The notes beneath the pieces are model-generated. The model saw only the letters and a program-made list of their open reading frames with translations, searched no databases and was not told the origin of the DNA. 64,000 nucleotides of DNA from Vicugna vicugna (Eukaryota), in contig MU058252.1 in NCBI GenBank assembly GCA_013265495.1, forward strand, positions 124,001 to 188,000. The letters run 5' to 3'. How positions within the stretch are numbered: the first letter of the stretch is position 1; each line of letters opens with the position of its first letter. Position numbers and translations under genes: made by a program. Positions 17,650-29,894 of this stretch are shown piece after piece.

Positions 17650-20600
17650 GTGAGTAGGGCTGCCTGCCTCGCAGCGTGGAGGGGCTCGCAGGCTCCCAGG
17701 ACCAGGAGAGGAAGACCCCTTCTCTTGTGGTGCACAATCTGTGCCAGCCTCTTTCTGAACAAGCCCCTGGGCCAGTTTTATCTTGTTACTAGAATCAAGT
17801 TCTGGCTTTTCCCTCACTGGCCTTCTCAGTAAAAGCTGTGAGTCGGGTAGGCTCAGGGCTAAAGGGCTGTGAAGGAGCCACTGACCATTTAAAGTCCCAG
17901 CTGGTGGGGCCCTGAGTCCATCCTCTCCCCTGGGCCAGACTCAGCATGGGCTGGCTCTCCCCTACCCTCCACAGCCCTCCCTTCCCGTCCTCTCCCATCT
18001 CCTCTCCTTCCCTCTCCTCTCCTTCTCCCTCCCTGCCTCTTACCCTCTCCTCTTTCTCTTTCTCTTTCTCTTTCTCGGGGTTCTAACTGTTAATACTCAG
18101 AGTGGCAGGTCCCCAAAGCTACCCTGAGCCTTAGGCGCAGAGGGCTGCTCCGGGACCCAGGAACCTGGGATCCGGGTTCTTAGGTTTTTCATGTCTCAGG
18201 CAGCGCAGATCACGCTGGGGATACTGAGTGGGGTCCTGGGAGGACTCCTCTACATCTTCTACAACTCCGCCATGCGTGCATCGGGCGCTGCCATCTGGAC
18301 AGGGACTGTGGTGAGTGGGGCCGGAGGATGGTGGGCAGGTGGACCTCCTGTCAGCGGTGACAGACCACCACCCTCGACCCCATCAGAATGCAGACTGTTA
18401 ACAATGGAAAAGACTCCAAGCTCTCCAGGCCAACACCCTGCTTCTACAGACAAGAAACGCACCAAGCTAAGGGCGGGGGTGGCCACTGTCCCTGGTCAGC
18501 TGTCCTGGTTCCCTACCCCGAGCTCCTCCCATCACTTCTTCCACCTTCAACAGCAAATATCAGCTAAGGATTTAGGACCTGGCTCACCTCCAGACTCTTG
18601 CATTGAGATGGGGGAAGCAGAACGTGCTGGAGGGTGCATACTCTGCAAGGAAGGCTCAGCTCCCTGGAGGCTTCCCATTGCCCTCTGCACACAGCGGGAA
18701 TCCAGGGGGAATCCATATCACAGCAGTGCTTATGTCAAGAGATGGGTGTGTGCAATCCACAGTGGGAACTCGGTGGGGGGGGGAGGGGGTCCTGGTAGGA
18801 TGGGGGCAGGGCCCTTTGGCACACCCACAGAATAGCAGCCAAACACATATTTATTGAGAGGGCAGTCGAAAGTAATCATCTTCATCCACCCAACGGCGGA
18901 AACACTGAGATGAGTTACAGACTCTCCACACTGAATTGGGGCGCCTCTTTCCACTGGGAGCAGCCAGGCTTCCTGCTCCATGAGCCCAGCAGGCTGGGTG
19001 GCTGGGTGCCACAGGGTGCCTACCCCCGAGGCAGGGAGACTCATCCCATACTGAGAGCTTCTCCACCAACCTGGACTTCCACCTCGCCACCCTGGAGCTT
19101 TCAGAAAGCACATGGTGTTGCTTCAAAAGGGAGGTTTTGGAGAAGGGAAGGAGGGCTCACCCCTTGTTTGACCGTAAGCACTTTTCAATGTCACTAAAAC
19201 AGAGGGTCCTGCAGCCTCGGGGTTGAAGTCAGGCCTCAACACCCTCACCATTATCTTACACACAGCAGAGCTCAGCTCACAATCTCGGGTCCACATGGAA
19301 TGTTCTGGGGAAGGGCCAGCCCGATGGTTGGCTCTATCAGTGGGGGCCGTGGTGGGAAAGGGAAGCAGGCAGCTGGAGGGGCTGGCGTTTCCCGCACCAC
19401 CCCCGCTCCTGCTTCCATCTCTCCCCAGGCTGTGCTGGCTGGAGCTGTCGCCTTCATTTATGAGAAACGAGGTGGCATCTACTGGGTGAGTTCAGGGAAG
19501 GGCATGGGTTGACACCACACCCAGAAGCTGGAAGCCACTCCAAGCCTCCTGCCCTGTCACCTGCCAGGTCCTGGGGGCTCCCCCCATCTTAGCCCGAAGC
19601 TGGGCTCCGGAAGGCCGAATCACCTGGCTCTCTCTCTGCCTCCTCTCCTCCCCAGGCCCTCCTGAGGACCCTGCTCGCCCTGGGAGCTTTCTCCACGGCC
19701 ATGGCCGCCATCATCACTGGGGCTAGCGGTTTCCATGAGTACTCCTTTTATTTTTATGACAGTATCTGTGATACCTCCCCATCCTGGGGGCCCACCAGGC
19801 CCCCCGGCTCTCCAAATCCAGATGTCGGAAGGCTACGGCTCTGCATCTCCTACTTGGACATGCTGAAGGTAGCAGAGCCGGGGACCAGCTCAGCAGGAGA
19901 CAGTGGGCAGGGAGGCCAAGATAGTGGGCGACAGTGAGGCTGACCATCAAAAACAGTGTGACCTGTTCGACACCAAGTGTGACCACCGTTACTACAGATG
20001 GGGCACGGAAGCAGTTCCTGAGGTTGTGGGTGGGACAGATTAGTGGAAATAGAAACACTGAAATCACCGTGAATGAGCTGATGTTGCAAATGTGTGAGGT
20101 GCTGCAAAGGTGTGCAAACCCTTGGTCCTCTCAAGTCTTGGGCTTGTCAGGGAGCCAAATCACAGCCCAAGCCCATCACTGTTCAGGTGAGGACACTGAG
20201 GCCCGATGAGAAGGTCTTCTGGCTGCTCTCTGAAGGCTACATCCACTGACCCGCCTCCACACTGGGCTCCTTCCTCAGAGATGCATGGGCTGGATGGTTA
20301 CCTTGTATCATTGAGGAGCGTGGAGACAGAGCACAGATGGCAACTGTCGCTCTGGTGCCTACAGCTTTGATTCTCTGTCCCCAGGCCATGGTCAGAAGCC
20401 TTCAGGGCCTGCTATTAGGTGTCTGGGTTCTGCTCCTTTTGGCGTCTCTGGTCCCCCTGTGTCTGTACTGCTGGAAAAGACGCCGACCTAAGGAGGTGAG
20501 TCCCTAAACTGTGTGTCTGTGTATTTGGGGCAGCGGGGCTGTCCAGAGGAGACAGGAATGGAGAGTGGATGTTTTGGGGAAGAGAAAAGGGTGGTTACAG

Positions 20601-20909
20601 TGAGTCTCAAGGGGCATCAATCCTGTCTTTCTACCCCAGGAGTGGCCCAGCCCAGGGAGTCCCTGTCTCTGACCAAGTGGGACATATCCAGTCCAAGACC
20701 CTGGGAAGCCAGGGAAGTCCATATCCGGGGTGGGACCTTGCTCTTTGCATCAGATACCAGGAGGCTGATGTTGGATCTGATTGGCTGCAGAACTAAGCTG
20801 CTCTAGGGGACAGAATTCACTCTTTCTCTCCTTCTTGGGTTGTCTCACCCCTCCTTTTAGAAAAGAGACCTTCCCTTAGAAGAAACTGTTGGAGGCCAGT
20901 GAAATCTAG
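17446..20909 (+). CDS. TMEM176A: Transmembrane protein 176A; join of 17446-17649, 18200-18310, 19429-19485, 19656-19868, 20385-20495, then either 20861-20902 (KRDLPLEETVGGQ*) or 20880-20909 (KKLLEASEI*)
   Basis: MSTGMETVDSGEVAPEAPQ...HVHQESALAKLLL...SGAAIWTG...FIYEKRGGIYWALLRTLL matches remembered TMEM176A; GT-AG phase-0 introns; exon sizes 111 and 57 mirror TMEM176B. Confidence 0.95.
18200..18310 (+). CDS. TMEM176A: TMEM176A coding exon 2 (AAQITLG...IWTGTV)
   Basis: ctcag| acceptor, |gtgagt donor, 111 nt. Confidence 0.94.
19429..19485 (+). CDS. TMEM176A: TMEM176A coding exon 3 (AVLAGAVAFIYEKRGGIYW)
   Basis: cccag| acceptor, |gtgagt donor, 57 nt. Confidence 0.95.
19656..19868 (+). CDS. TMEM176A: TMEM176A coding exon 4 (ALLRTLL...YLDMLK)
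   Basis: cccag| acceptor; weak donor AAG|gtagca; 213 nt. Confidence 0.92.
20385..20495 (+). CDS. TMEM176A: TMEM176A coding exon 5 (AMVRSLQGLLLG...RRPKE)
   Basis: cccag| acceptor, |gtgagt donor, 111 nt, hydrophobic TM4. Confidence 0.94.
20861..20909 (+). CDS. TMEM176A: TMEM176A last coding exon (two alternative acceptors, 20861 or 20880)
   Basis: ccttttag|AAAAGAGAC and cccttag|AAGAAACTGTTG; stops TGA ending 20902 or TAG ending 20909. Confidence 0.8.
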
Positions 20910-21134
20910 CCCTGACTCTCTGGAGGACTTCTGCTTGGAAGTCAGCCTCTGGACCAGGTGGCCCTGCATCTGCATTCTGGAAGAAGGACCAGACTGAGAA
21001 GATGCTCCCCACTCGCCCCGGTCGGCCGTCCCCCACAGCCACACTCCGCCCTGCTCCTGCACCCATCACGGCTGCTGTCGCCCGGCACCTTCACCATCCT
21101 GCCTGCTTCATGTCCCCTCCTGAGCAGTGATGAA

Positions 21135-21140
21135 AATAAA
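21135..21140 (+). terminator. TMEM176A: TMEM176A polyadenylation signal AATAAA
   Basis: AATAAA ~230 nt after the stop, followed by T/GT-rich sequence. Confidence 0.7.
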
Positions 21141-21764
21141 CTCTCTGTTGTTGCTCCCAGCTTCTCACTTAGGGAATTTCTCTTGGCTGGAGGGAGGCAG
21201 TGGACAATGAGCCAACAGCAAACCTACAAAGCTCCTCCAACTCCTGACCTCCTATCTGGGTCTAGTGTTGCTGGCCCTGAAAACAGTCTCTCTTTGAGGG
21301 CTGGTCCTGGGACTGTACGTCCAAATGCCTGGGGACACAGGATGAAAAGAACTGAGACTCTGAGCCCTGCCCCCTACAATTCAGATTTAAGGGGGTGAAT
21401 ACTTGAAAATTTGAGAGTTGCATTTTTTATTTTGACTGTTTGGAAATATTAAGAAGTAAATAACAGCTTTGCTGTACACCTGAAACTACACTGTAAATCA
21501 ACTACACTTCAAAAAAATTAAATTTAAAAAAATAAGTAGATAACATAACGCCAAGATGCAATCGTTTCAGGAATCCATTTTTAAAGGTAGGACATCCAAC
21601 AATATGATGAAATATAAACTCTGAATAATTGTCCCACGAAGAAAAATAACTAAAACTTCTGGATAAAATATGAATCATATAGTTTTAAATTCATCACTAA
21701 ACTGAACAGGTCATAACAGAAGTAGGAGCATGAATTCAGACGGCTGCGCTTTGAAACCAGCATC

Positions 21765-22305
21765 TGCCTGTTTGGAGTCCCCCAACCACCCACCCATTCG
21801 GTTCTCCACTTGAAGGACCCACAGGACTCAGAATAGAGTTGTACTCATGTCTAAGTTTGATTACATTACAGCAAAAAGATACACAGTAGTACCCCCAAGG
21901 GGGAAAGATGTATCAGGTAGACTCTGGAAGAATCCAGGTGCAGGCTTCCTACATTCTCCCACTGGTGAGGGGCCACACAGGAACACACATGCAGTGTTTC
22001 TGCCCAGGGAGCCTGTTTAAGACTCCAAGCCCGGGGTTTTTATTGGACTGGTCACATAAGCACTCTCTCCACCTGCACAACTACAACAGTTCAGGAAAAA
22101 GAGAAGTAGGTATCCATCTGAAATCACGTTGTTTGTACAAATAGTCTAGGGGAGCTGATATCATGGAATTTGGGCTCCAGGTACACAAAACAATCTTATC
22201 AGCATAGGAACATGCCAAAAGCCAAATTCTGAGAAGACAGCCAAGGGCCAGCCCTTCAAGCAGGGCCCTGTAAGGAATAGCCCCTTATGTTAACTGACCC
22301 ACACG
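21765..22305. mobile_element. MER21-like LTR fragment
   Basis: Resembles remembered MER21 text (GGACTCAGAATAGAGTTGTACTCATG...AGACTCCAAGCCCGGGGTTTTTATTGG); boundaries approximate. Confidence 0.5.
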
Positions 22306-22428
22306 CTGCCTTCAGGGCCATCTGCCAAATTCTTATAATCCAAAACTGTACTTCATGACTATACTGAAGACTAGAGCCACTTAAACTGAGGAGTCAAAGT
22401 AAAGATCCCTGTATAAATCTGCAGTTTC

Positions 22429-22560
22429 GGGGGGAGGGTATAGCTCAGTGGTGGAGTGCATGCTTAGCATGCACAAGGTCCTGGGTTCAATCCCCAGTAC
22501 CTCCATTAATAAATAAAACAAAAATAAAACAAAAACCTAATTACCTCCCCACTAAAAAAA
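22429..22560 (+). mobile_element. tRNA-derived SINE, Vic-1-like (camelid)
   Basis: GGGGAGGGTATAGCTCAGTGG (A box) ... GGTTCAATCCCCAGTACCTCCA (B box), A-rich tail with CCTAATTACCTCCCC, degenerate TSD CTGCA(G/A)TTT. Confidence 0.85.
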
Positions 22561-22783
22561 ACTGCAATTTTGAGGAACAGCTGGAAAAAATTCCACCCCA
22601 TCAAAAGATATGACAAGCAAATTCTTGGTGAAAAGAATGAAATGAAGGCTCAAGAAGACAAGCTAACTTCAACAGAGAGTTGTGGATTGAATTCCCACTG
22701 CTTAGGTGATCCAAAAGCCCTGCGAAAGAACTTAAAGTCTTCAAGATGCTATAACCCCAGACACCTGTCAGAAACAAATGCAA

Positions 22784-23005
22784 GGATTAACAGACACACA
22801 TTACTATATATAAAAGAGATACACAACAAGGCCCTACTGTATAACACAGGAGCTATATTCAATTTCTTGTAATAACATATAATAGAAAAGAATCTGAAAA
22901 GGAAAAATATGTATATATACATACATGTATTACTGAATCACTTTGCTGTACACCTGAAACTAACATTGTAAATCAACTACACTTCAATAAAAAAAATTTT
23001 TTTAA
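22784..23005 (+). mobile_element. Short L1 3' end with 14-bp TSD
   Basis: AGAAACAAATGCAA at 22770-22783 and 23006-23019 flanks ACTGAATCACTTTGCTGTACACCTGAAACTAACATTGTAAATCAACTAC-type L1 text. Confidence 0.85.
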
Positions 23006-25122
23006 AGAAACAAATGCAAATTTTGTCTGAAGAAATTCACCTTCACCTCAGGCCTCAAAAAAATTTCTAAAAGCACTGTTTCACAATAAAAAAATTTTTC
23101 AAGAAACCTGAAATTCAGTGTAAATTACAAACATCAAATCTGGAACACAAATCCTTCAGTTATTGCCATTTTTAGACATAGGATATAAAATTACCATGTT
23201 TAATGTATTTATAGAACTTTTTAAAGGGAATTAAAGTATTGGCAAAAATAAGGGATTATCAGAAAATGATCTCTGGGTTTTTTTTTAAATCCCAAAAAGA
23301 ACTTCTAGAAATGTAAACTATGTAATTAGAATAAAACCCTAGGAAACAAAGACACAGCTGCAGAGAGAAGTAGTAAACTAGAAGACCTGAGCGCAAATCT
23401 CAGCCCTGCAACTCAGAAGCTCCCGAATGTGGGGTCAGATACAGATGCCTCCTGAGACATAGTCTTTTCAGTTGTAAAATGTGGACCGTTATATCTAAAT
23501 CCTTGGCTGATGTGAGGGTTGAATGATAAGTATAAATATAAGACTGTCTAAAAATTGGACATTTCACAGTTCAAATTAGTCAAACAAATGTGGATTACTA
23601 ATGACAGAACTTGGGAAAAGAGAAGGTACTCACAGATCCCCAAGCCCTCTCTCCTCCCTTCAAATGAGGTAAAACAGAGTTCCTAAGTGGAAATATTAGG
23701 GAAACCAGAGCTATGTAAACCATTATTGGATTTGAAATGTACACACACAGTGGAAGGTATGGTCTTCCACGCTTAGGGAACACCCTTCAGCAGAGACTAA
23801 TACTGTTCCCCAGTTTTCATTCTTCCTTTATTCCTCGTAATCGGCCCTCTGGATATTAACTGGGCATATAACTTCTCTGAATGCAGACTAGATTTCTCAA
23901 CCTTCTTTGCAGCAAAGTATGATCAAGTGACTTCTAAGCAACTAGATTTAAGAGGAAGTAGTGTGTGCACCTCTTGGGCAGCAAGCACCCTTTAAAAAAG
24001 AGGTTGTGTCCTCTTTTATGATGCTTGGAATGCAGGTGTGATAGCTGGACCCAGAACAAGCCATCTGGGACCATGAGGTTATTTAGGAATAGAGTCCATT
24101 CATTGAATAGAAAAAGCATTACTGGAGGCATAACATACTAATCCTGGGCTGCCTGTCTAGATGTTTATATGAGAAAAAAACAGGTTATTTTACATATGCT
24201 ATCACTTAGACCCGGACATTCTAATTAATACATTTTTCCCTCAAAAAGAACAGTTGTCACTTTGTGGATAAAATCTATCATTTGAGGAATGAGTATCACC
24301 CAGAGCAGAAGCTGGAAAGCACAAATTGATTATAGCTAATTGAAAGCTGGTTATGTATTTTTCAATAAGAAGCATTGTTTAAGGCAACATGGATAAAATG
24401 AGAGTCAGAGAAGAAAAACTGGTATGTGATCAACCAGCATCACGTCAATAATGATAAGGAGATACATTTGGGATTATTTGCCCATCCCTATCTCAGCATC
24501 TCAAAATCCTTTCCAGATTTGTGTATTCATCTTCCCCTTCAAAACAGAAGCCTGTTTGAAGTCTGTGGCTTTAGCTTTCAAATAAACAAATTGCTTTTGA
24601 ATTTTTTTAAACAAAAAGCAGAGCTGGCAAGACATCTGACTCCCTACAGAAAATCAAAGATCTGGGACTCATCTGAAGCTGTTCAGAAGGGGGGGGGGGT
24701 AGCCAAGGGAGACAGAAGCTGAGGAGGAGCCCTGGGGAGACTTGTGAAGGGGTCAGGCAGAGCAAAGTGGTTTGTTCTCAGAGACTCAGATCTGCCAGAT
24801 GCAATAAACAAAGGAGGTTGCCACATTCTGACAGTAAAAGACCACTTCTGAGCAGAAGGGCAAACTGAGTTGACATTCACTCATTTGAACAAAGAATGGA
24901 AAGAATTTACATCCACTCAAGCTGTAAAAGGACTAATTTGGAAACACTTTTAGAAATCCATACCATCTTAAGCTGGAGGAAGAAAGTAACCCACCAGGGT
25001 CTTTATCTCAGTTTTACTCTGCAAATATTTCTTACAACAATATGTTTTTTAAACTTAGTGATTAACAAGCTCAAAAACAGAATTAAAACAAGAATGAACT
25101 TAAATTCAAGTGCCTGCTTCCA

Positions 25123-25508
25123 AAAGAGAAAAAAAAATGATGTCACTCATACGTGGATCATAAAAAAAAAAAAAGAAAAGAAAAAAAGAGGAAACTAATG
25201 AACTCATCTACGAAACAGAAACAGACTCACAGACATAATAAACAATATTATGGTTACCGGGGGAAAGAGGGCGGGAAGGGATAAATTTGGGAGTTTGAGA
25301 TTTGCAAATGTTAACCACTATATATAAAAATAGATTAAAAAACAGATTTCTTTTGTATAGCACAGGGAACTATATTCAATATCTCATAATAACCTTCCAT
25401 GAAAAAGAATATTAAAACCAATATGTGTATATATATGCATGACTGGGACATTATGCTGGACACCAGAAATTGACACATTGTAACTGACTTCAATTCAAAA
25501 AACAAAAA
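25123..25508 (+). mobile_element. L1 3' end with imperfect 16-bp TSD
   Basis: CAAGTGCCTGCTTCCA / CAAATGCCTACTTCCA flanks; AACAGAAACAGACTCACAGACATA L1 text. Confidence 0.8.
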
Positions 25509-26329
25509 CAAATGCCTACTTCCATATCTGAATTTCCCCCAGCAAGCCCACTTGATGTGATTAACCCTGCCACCTAGTGGCTATAAAAAATTTTCTTCAG
25601 GAGAAACTAGAAAAAAAAATTTTTCACACAATTCTTTGAAAAGTATTAATGCACTATTGGATAAGTATCTACTAATTCCTCCTATGTGGCAGGCACCGTG
25701 GGGACTGGAAAGGAACTATGAATCATGGGACAGTCCTCTGCCTTGCCTAGCCCAGGTGACCTTGAGAAGTAAGTGCCAAGAACTCATGACATCTTCCCCC
25801 TCTCCAACAGGCATGCCCCCTACCACCTGCTCAGCTTGAGGCAATTGGTTAGAATCATGCCACTGCATCCCACAAAATCCAGAATTAGAGGGCAGATGGG
25901 AGGTTTTCTGCTGCTCCACTGTCTGTTCCAGCCAGTGTCTCCCTGTCCCACCTCATCTGCTCTAGGGACACACAGTTCAGAAACCAGATATCCCAGTTCT
26001 GAGCTGGAGTCAGACTCTGTCACAGCCCACCCTACATGAGCATCCACAGAAATGTTAGCTCGGTCCGGCCCCCAGCCCTGGCCCGGCAGGACACAGGTCT
26101 GCTGATCCCTTGGAAAGACCTTCCACACTCGCAAGAATGGTGGGGAAACAACCCGTGGAAAATCTCTTCTTGGAAACCTGGGCGGAGAACACTAGAAGTG
26201 GCCTCTTCTTCCCTCACCCAACAAATCTGGGGTCGCAGAGAAATCTGCCTGCCCCACAGTGGAAGCAGTGTGACCCAGAGCCCAAAGTAGATGCCCTGAA
26301 AGCAAAGCTCCAAGCCCCCAGCACAATCT

Positions 26330-27990
26330 GGCCACCTTCAGCACAAAAGATAAGAAAGGATTTCTTAAAGAGGACACCAAAAGCACCAGTCATAAAAGAA
26401 AAGAACGATACATTTAACTGCATTAAAATTAGAAATTTCTGTCCCTCAAAAAGTGAATAAAGAACGTGAAACAATAAGCCACATAACATGATAAAATACT
26501 GGTCAGCACGTGTGATTAACAAAGGGCCAGTATCCAGAATGTAGCAAATTGAATCACATGAAATTGCCATTTTTGTAGCCCAAAAATGGTCAAGTATCAG
26601 AAATTTCTAATTGTTCAATCTAACGTAAAGAATTCTGGCAAATCATTAAGGCAGGCAACCCAACAGAAAAAATAGCCAAAGATTTGAGCAGATGCCCTAC
26701 ACAAGAGGGAATCCAAACGGTCAATCAGTATAGGAAATGTGCTCAACCTTAACAATATTCGGATGAAAGTAAATGAAAGTCACAATAAGGTAGCACGAGC
26801 TAATCCATCACATTTGGCAAAAAATGTAAAAGTCTGATGATACTAACCGTTAGCGAGGATGTGGCGCAACGGAAACTCTCATATGCTGTTGGCAGGGAAG
26901 GAAACTGGTACAACAGATTTGTAAAACAGGCATGAACCAATAAGACTGAGACATAGGCTCATGGCTCCATCACTACATGCCAAGTTATACACTCAGGTGC
27001 ACACGTTCACCAGCTCATATGTACAAAAAGTCTTACAGAAACATTGTTCATAATATCCCCAGACTGGAAACAAGCCTAACAATCCATCCTCAGCAGGACT
27101 GATACATAAATGGTTGCAAACTCCCAGAGTAGAGCCGTGAACAACCCACAACCACATGAAATTGAGCAAAATGTGCAAGACACAAACACCTTCAGTAAGT
27201 TTTCATCATCATTCTAAGTGAAGTGGGCCGGAAAGGGAAAGAAAAATACCATATGATATCACTTATAGGTAGAATCTAAAAAATAAACGATAAAAAAGTA
27301 AGGACACAAATGAACTACTTATTATTTATAACTTAGATGATTGATTTCTTGAATATGTGTAAGCACATTTGACTGTCCTTTATAATTGGATTACCACATT
27401 CTGTTGCTTCTTATTTTGTGGTTGGCTTTATTCCTTTGATAACTATAAAAGTTTAAAAAGCTAAATCTCTAACCTGTTATCAGAAACAGTGATCAGTACA
27501 TATACATAAACTAAAAAAATATGTGTAGTATATTGTATATGTTTATTTACATGCAATATAATGTTTATATGTGCAGTCAAACTGTAATAAGTCTACCTAA
27601 TAAAACTGAAAAAGAAAAAAAAATACCTTCAGTAAGATCTCTATTTATATAAAGTTCAAAACAGGCAAAACCAATCTATTATATTTTAAGGGTGCACACA
27701 TAGATGGCAAAACACTAGTCTAAATAAAAGCAAAGAAATGATTTACACAAATAATTCAATATACGTTCAAACTGACAGTCTTTAAATGTATGTTTAACAT
27801 TTATTTGATATTGTCAAGAGAAATGTTAATAAAAATGTTTATTCTCTCTTTTAAAAAAGGAAGAAAAAAGAAATGATTTGTACAAAAGTCATTATATAGG
27901 TTATTACACATGGAGTGAGGGGGGAAAGGGAGGGGTCATTATTTTATTAGGGGATTGGGAGTGCCTCTGAGGCAATGAGCCATTTCTTGA
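26330..27990 (+). mobile_element. Old L1M ORF2 end / 3'UTR remnants with nested fragments
   Basis: Degenerate ORF2 C-terminal text (KDFLKRTPKAPVIKEKNDTFNCIKIRNFC) followed by L1 3'UTR motifs. Confidence 0.65.
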
Positions 27991-28028
27991 TTTAGAGTTA
28001 TACAAGTGTGCTTTATAATTAATCACAT

Positions 28029-28658
28029 TGTTACCAAGGCTATTGCCCCAGAATCTTATCCCTGCCCCTCCCCCAAATGGAAATCAATTACTCTTCTCTA
28101 AGTTTCAAGAGGAAGCTGCAAAGAGGAAAAAAAGAAAAAAAAAAAGCAACAACAGGTTATAACCAACTAGGCCCAAGATGGTGGAAGATTTAACTTCTAA
28201 TAGACTTTGAGCCTCACTATATGCTCATTGTAATACATTAGCTTGTTAAATGACACACTCACCAGTGCCTTGACAGTTGACAGTTGCCATGACAACAACC
28301 AGAAGAGCCCATACAAGGACTGAAAAGGAGAGCTGCATCAGTTCCAGGTCCAAATGACACCCCAGTTCTTGGATAACTCAAATATTTCTCCCACTCTTAC
28401 CCATTCTCTCCCTTTTACCTCGACCCTCCTATATATTTTCTGTCTCCACTGGAATTGGGTTGAGAAGTTGATCTGTGGACTAGGTTCTCGCTTCTCCATT
28501 CTTTGGCCATTGACTAAAGCTAGTGCTGTTCCAGTCTCAGCATCAGTTTCGTTAGTTATTGACGGTGCAAAACTGATGGGAAAAGGAACCTCACTGGCCC
28601 AGAGGTCCAGCCCCAGGCTGGGACCCTGGCGGAGGTCCAGTCAACCAATCCAATAACA
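28029..28658 (+). mobile_element. Probable ERV1-type solo LTR
   Basis: TGTTA...TAACA inverted termini, CAAGATGG (YY1-like) motif, TATA-like CCTATATA; it interrupts older L1 sequence; TSD not resolved. Confidence 0.55.
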
Positions 28659-29894
28659 GTGCAATCATATTTAAACGTTTAATATTCATTTGTATATATA
28701 CTTCACAATTAAAAAGAAAAATAAAGGACTCAAAATTCAGCCAAGTTCAAAGCTCTTTAGACAAATCTTAAAGACAACAGGAATGCAAACTTCATTGACG
28801 TGGCGTAGTGACCTGGGTAGGAGTTCACAGATTAAAATCTGACTTGAAAATTAGAAATGATACGACCCAAAGCTAAGAGGAAAGCTAAATGACCACCTCC
28901 TTCAAGTTATAAAGTCCCTAGTTCAGCCGATAAGGAAAGCTCGGGGTGTCCCTTTACTGTGATAAACACGGAGGCAGACACACCCCAACCAGCCGCTGTA
29001 GTTGTTAACACGTTTCAACAAGTGGGATACCGAGTCCCCAGAACTGGGAACCACAACATAAAAGAGGAATTCATACCCAAGCAGCACTTTCAAGGAGAAG
29101 AAAATAAAACCAACATCAGGGATGCCTTCAGTTCCAGGAATGTTTGCAGCCGGAAATCATGGGAAACACGGTAAAAGAAGCTGAGACTAGACAGGACTAA
29201 ATGAAATGGACATCTGTAAGAGCAGCTAGGAACGCTCCCGAGAGTATGAAATCCCCTTCCATTGCCGAATTTGTAAATGGGCTCGTGGTTTGGAGGCCCA
29301 GTCACAAATGAGGATTTAGAAGGGTGGTGCTACCCCCGATGGCTTGAGGGATGCAGTGTGGCCCTGCCCTGTAGGGGAAGGCAGCCCCTCGCAGAGTGCC
29401 TGCCCACAGCGCACGTTTATTCAACACTTGCTGAATGGATCCGAAACACGGAGAACCCAAGGGTTTCCAAACTAGCGAGGCTGGAGCTGCAGGGCACGGC
29501 CTCAAGGAGCACACCCACCCCAAGGCCATCCCCACCCGATGTCAGACCCCAGGCCTCATCGCGCTGAGCAGAACTTTCCAGGGCTGCCCCTGGAGCGTCT
29601 GGGTGCCTCATACCTGGAGCTCCTGGGTTCAGGCGGGAGAAGGGCAGGCTCCTCACCCTGCACAGCCCAGCTTACCCCTGAAGTCACGTGGACCCCACCT
29701 CCATGGAGAGACTTGCCTCATGTGTCTACAGACTTTCTCAAATAGGTGACCTTTCCTTGCTCAGGACGCCCCCATCATTTATATACACGCTGCTGTGAGT
29801 TCTTTGTGGCTGCCTCACCTCTCGACTAGATTGCAGACACGCAAATCAGGACTGGCTCAGCTGTGTTTGCATGCCTCCCCGCACTCTTGCCTGA

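Noticed and set aside
22429..22506. tRNA gene (A and B boxes present)
   Set aside because: A-rich tail, TSD-like flanks and a second diverged copy show it is a SINE.
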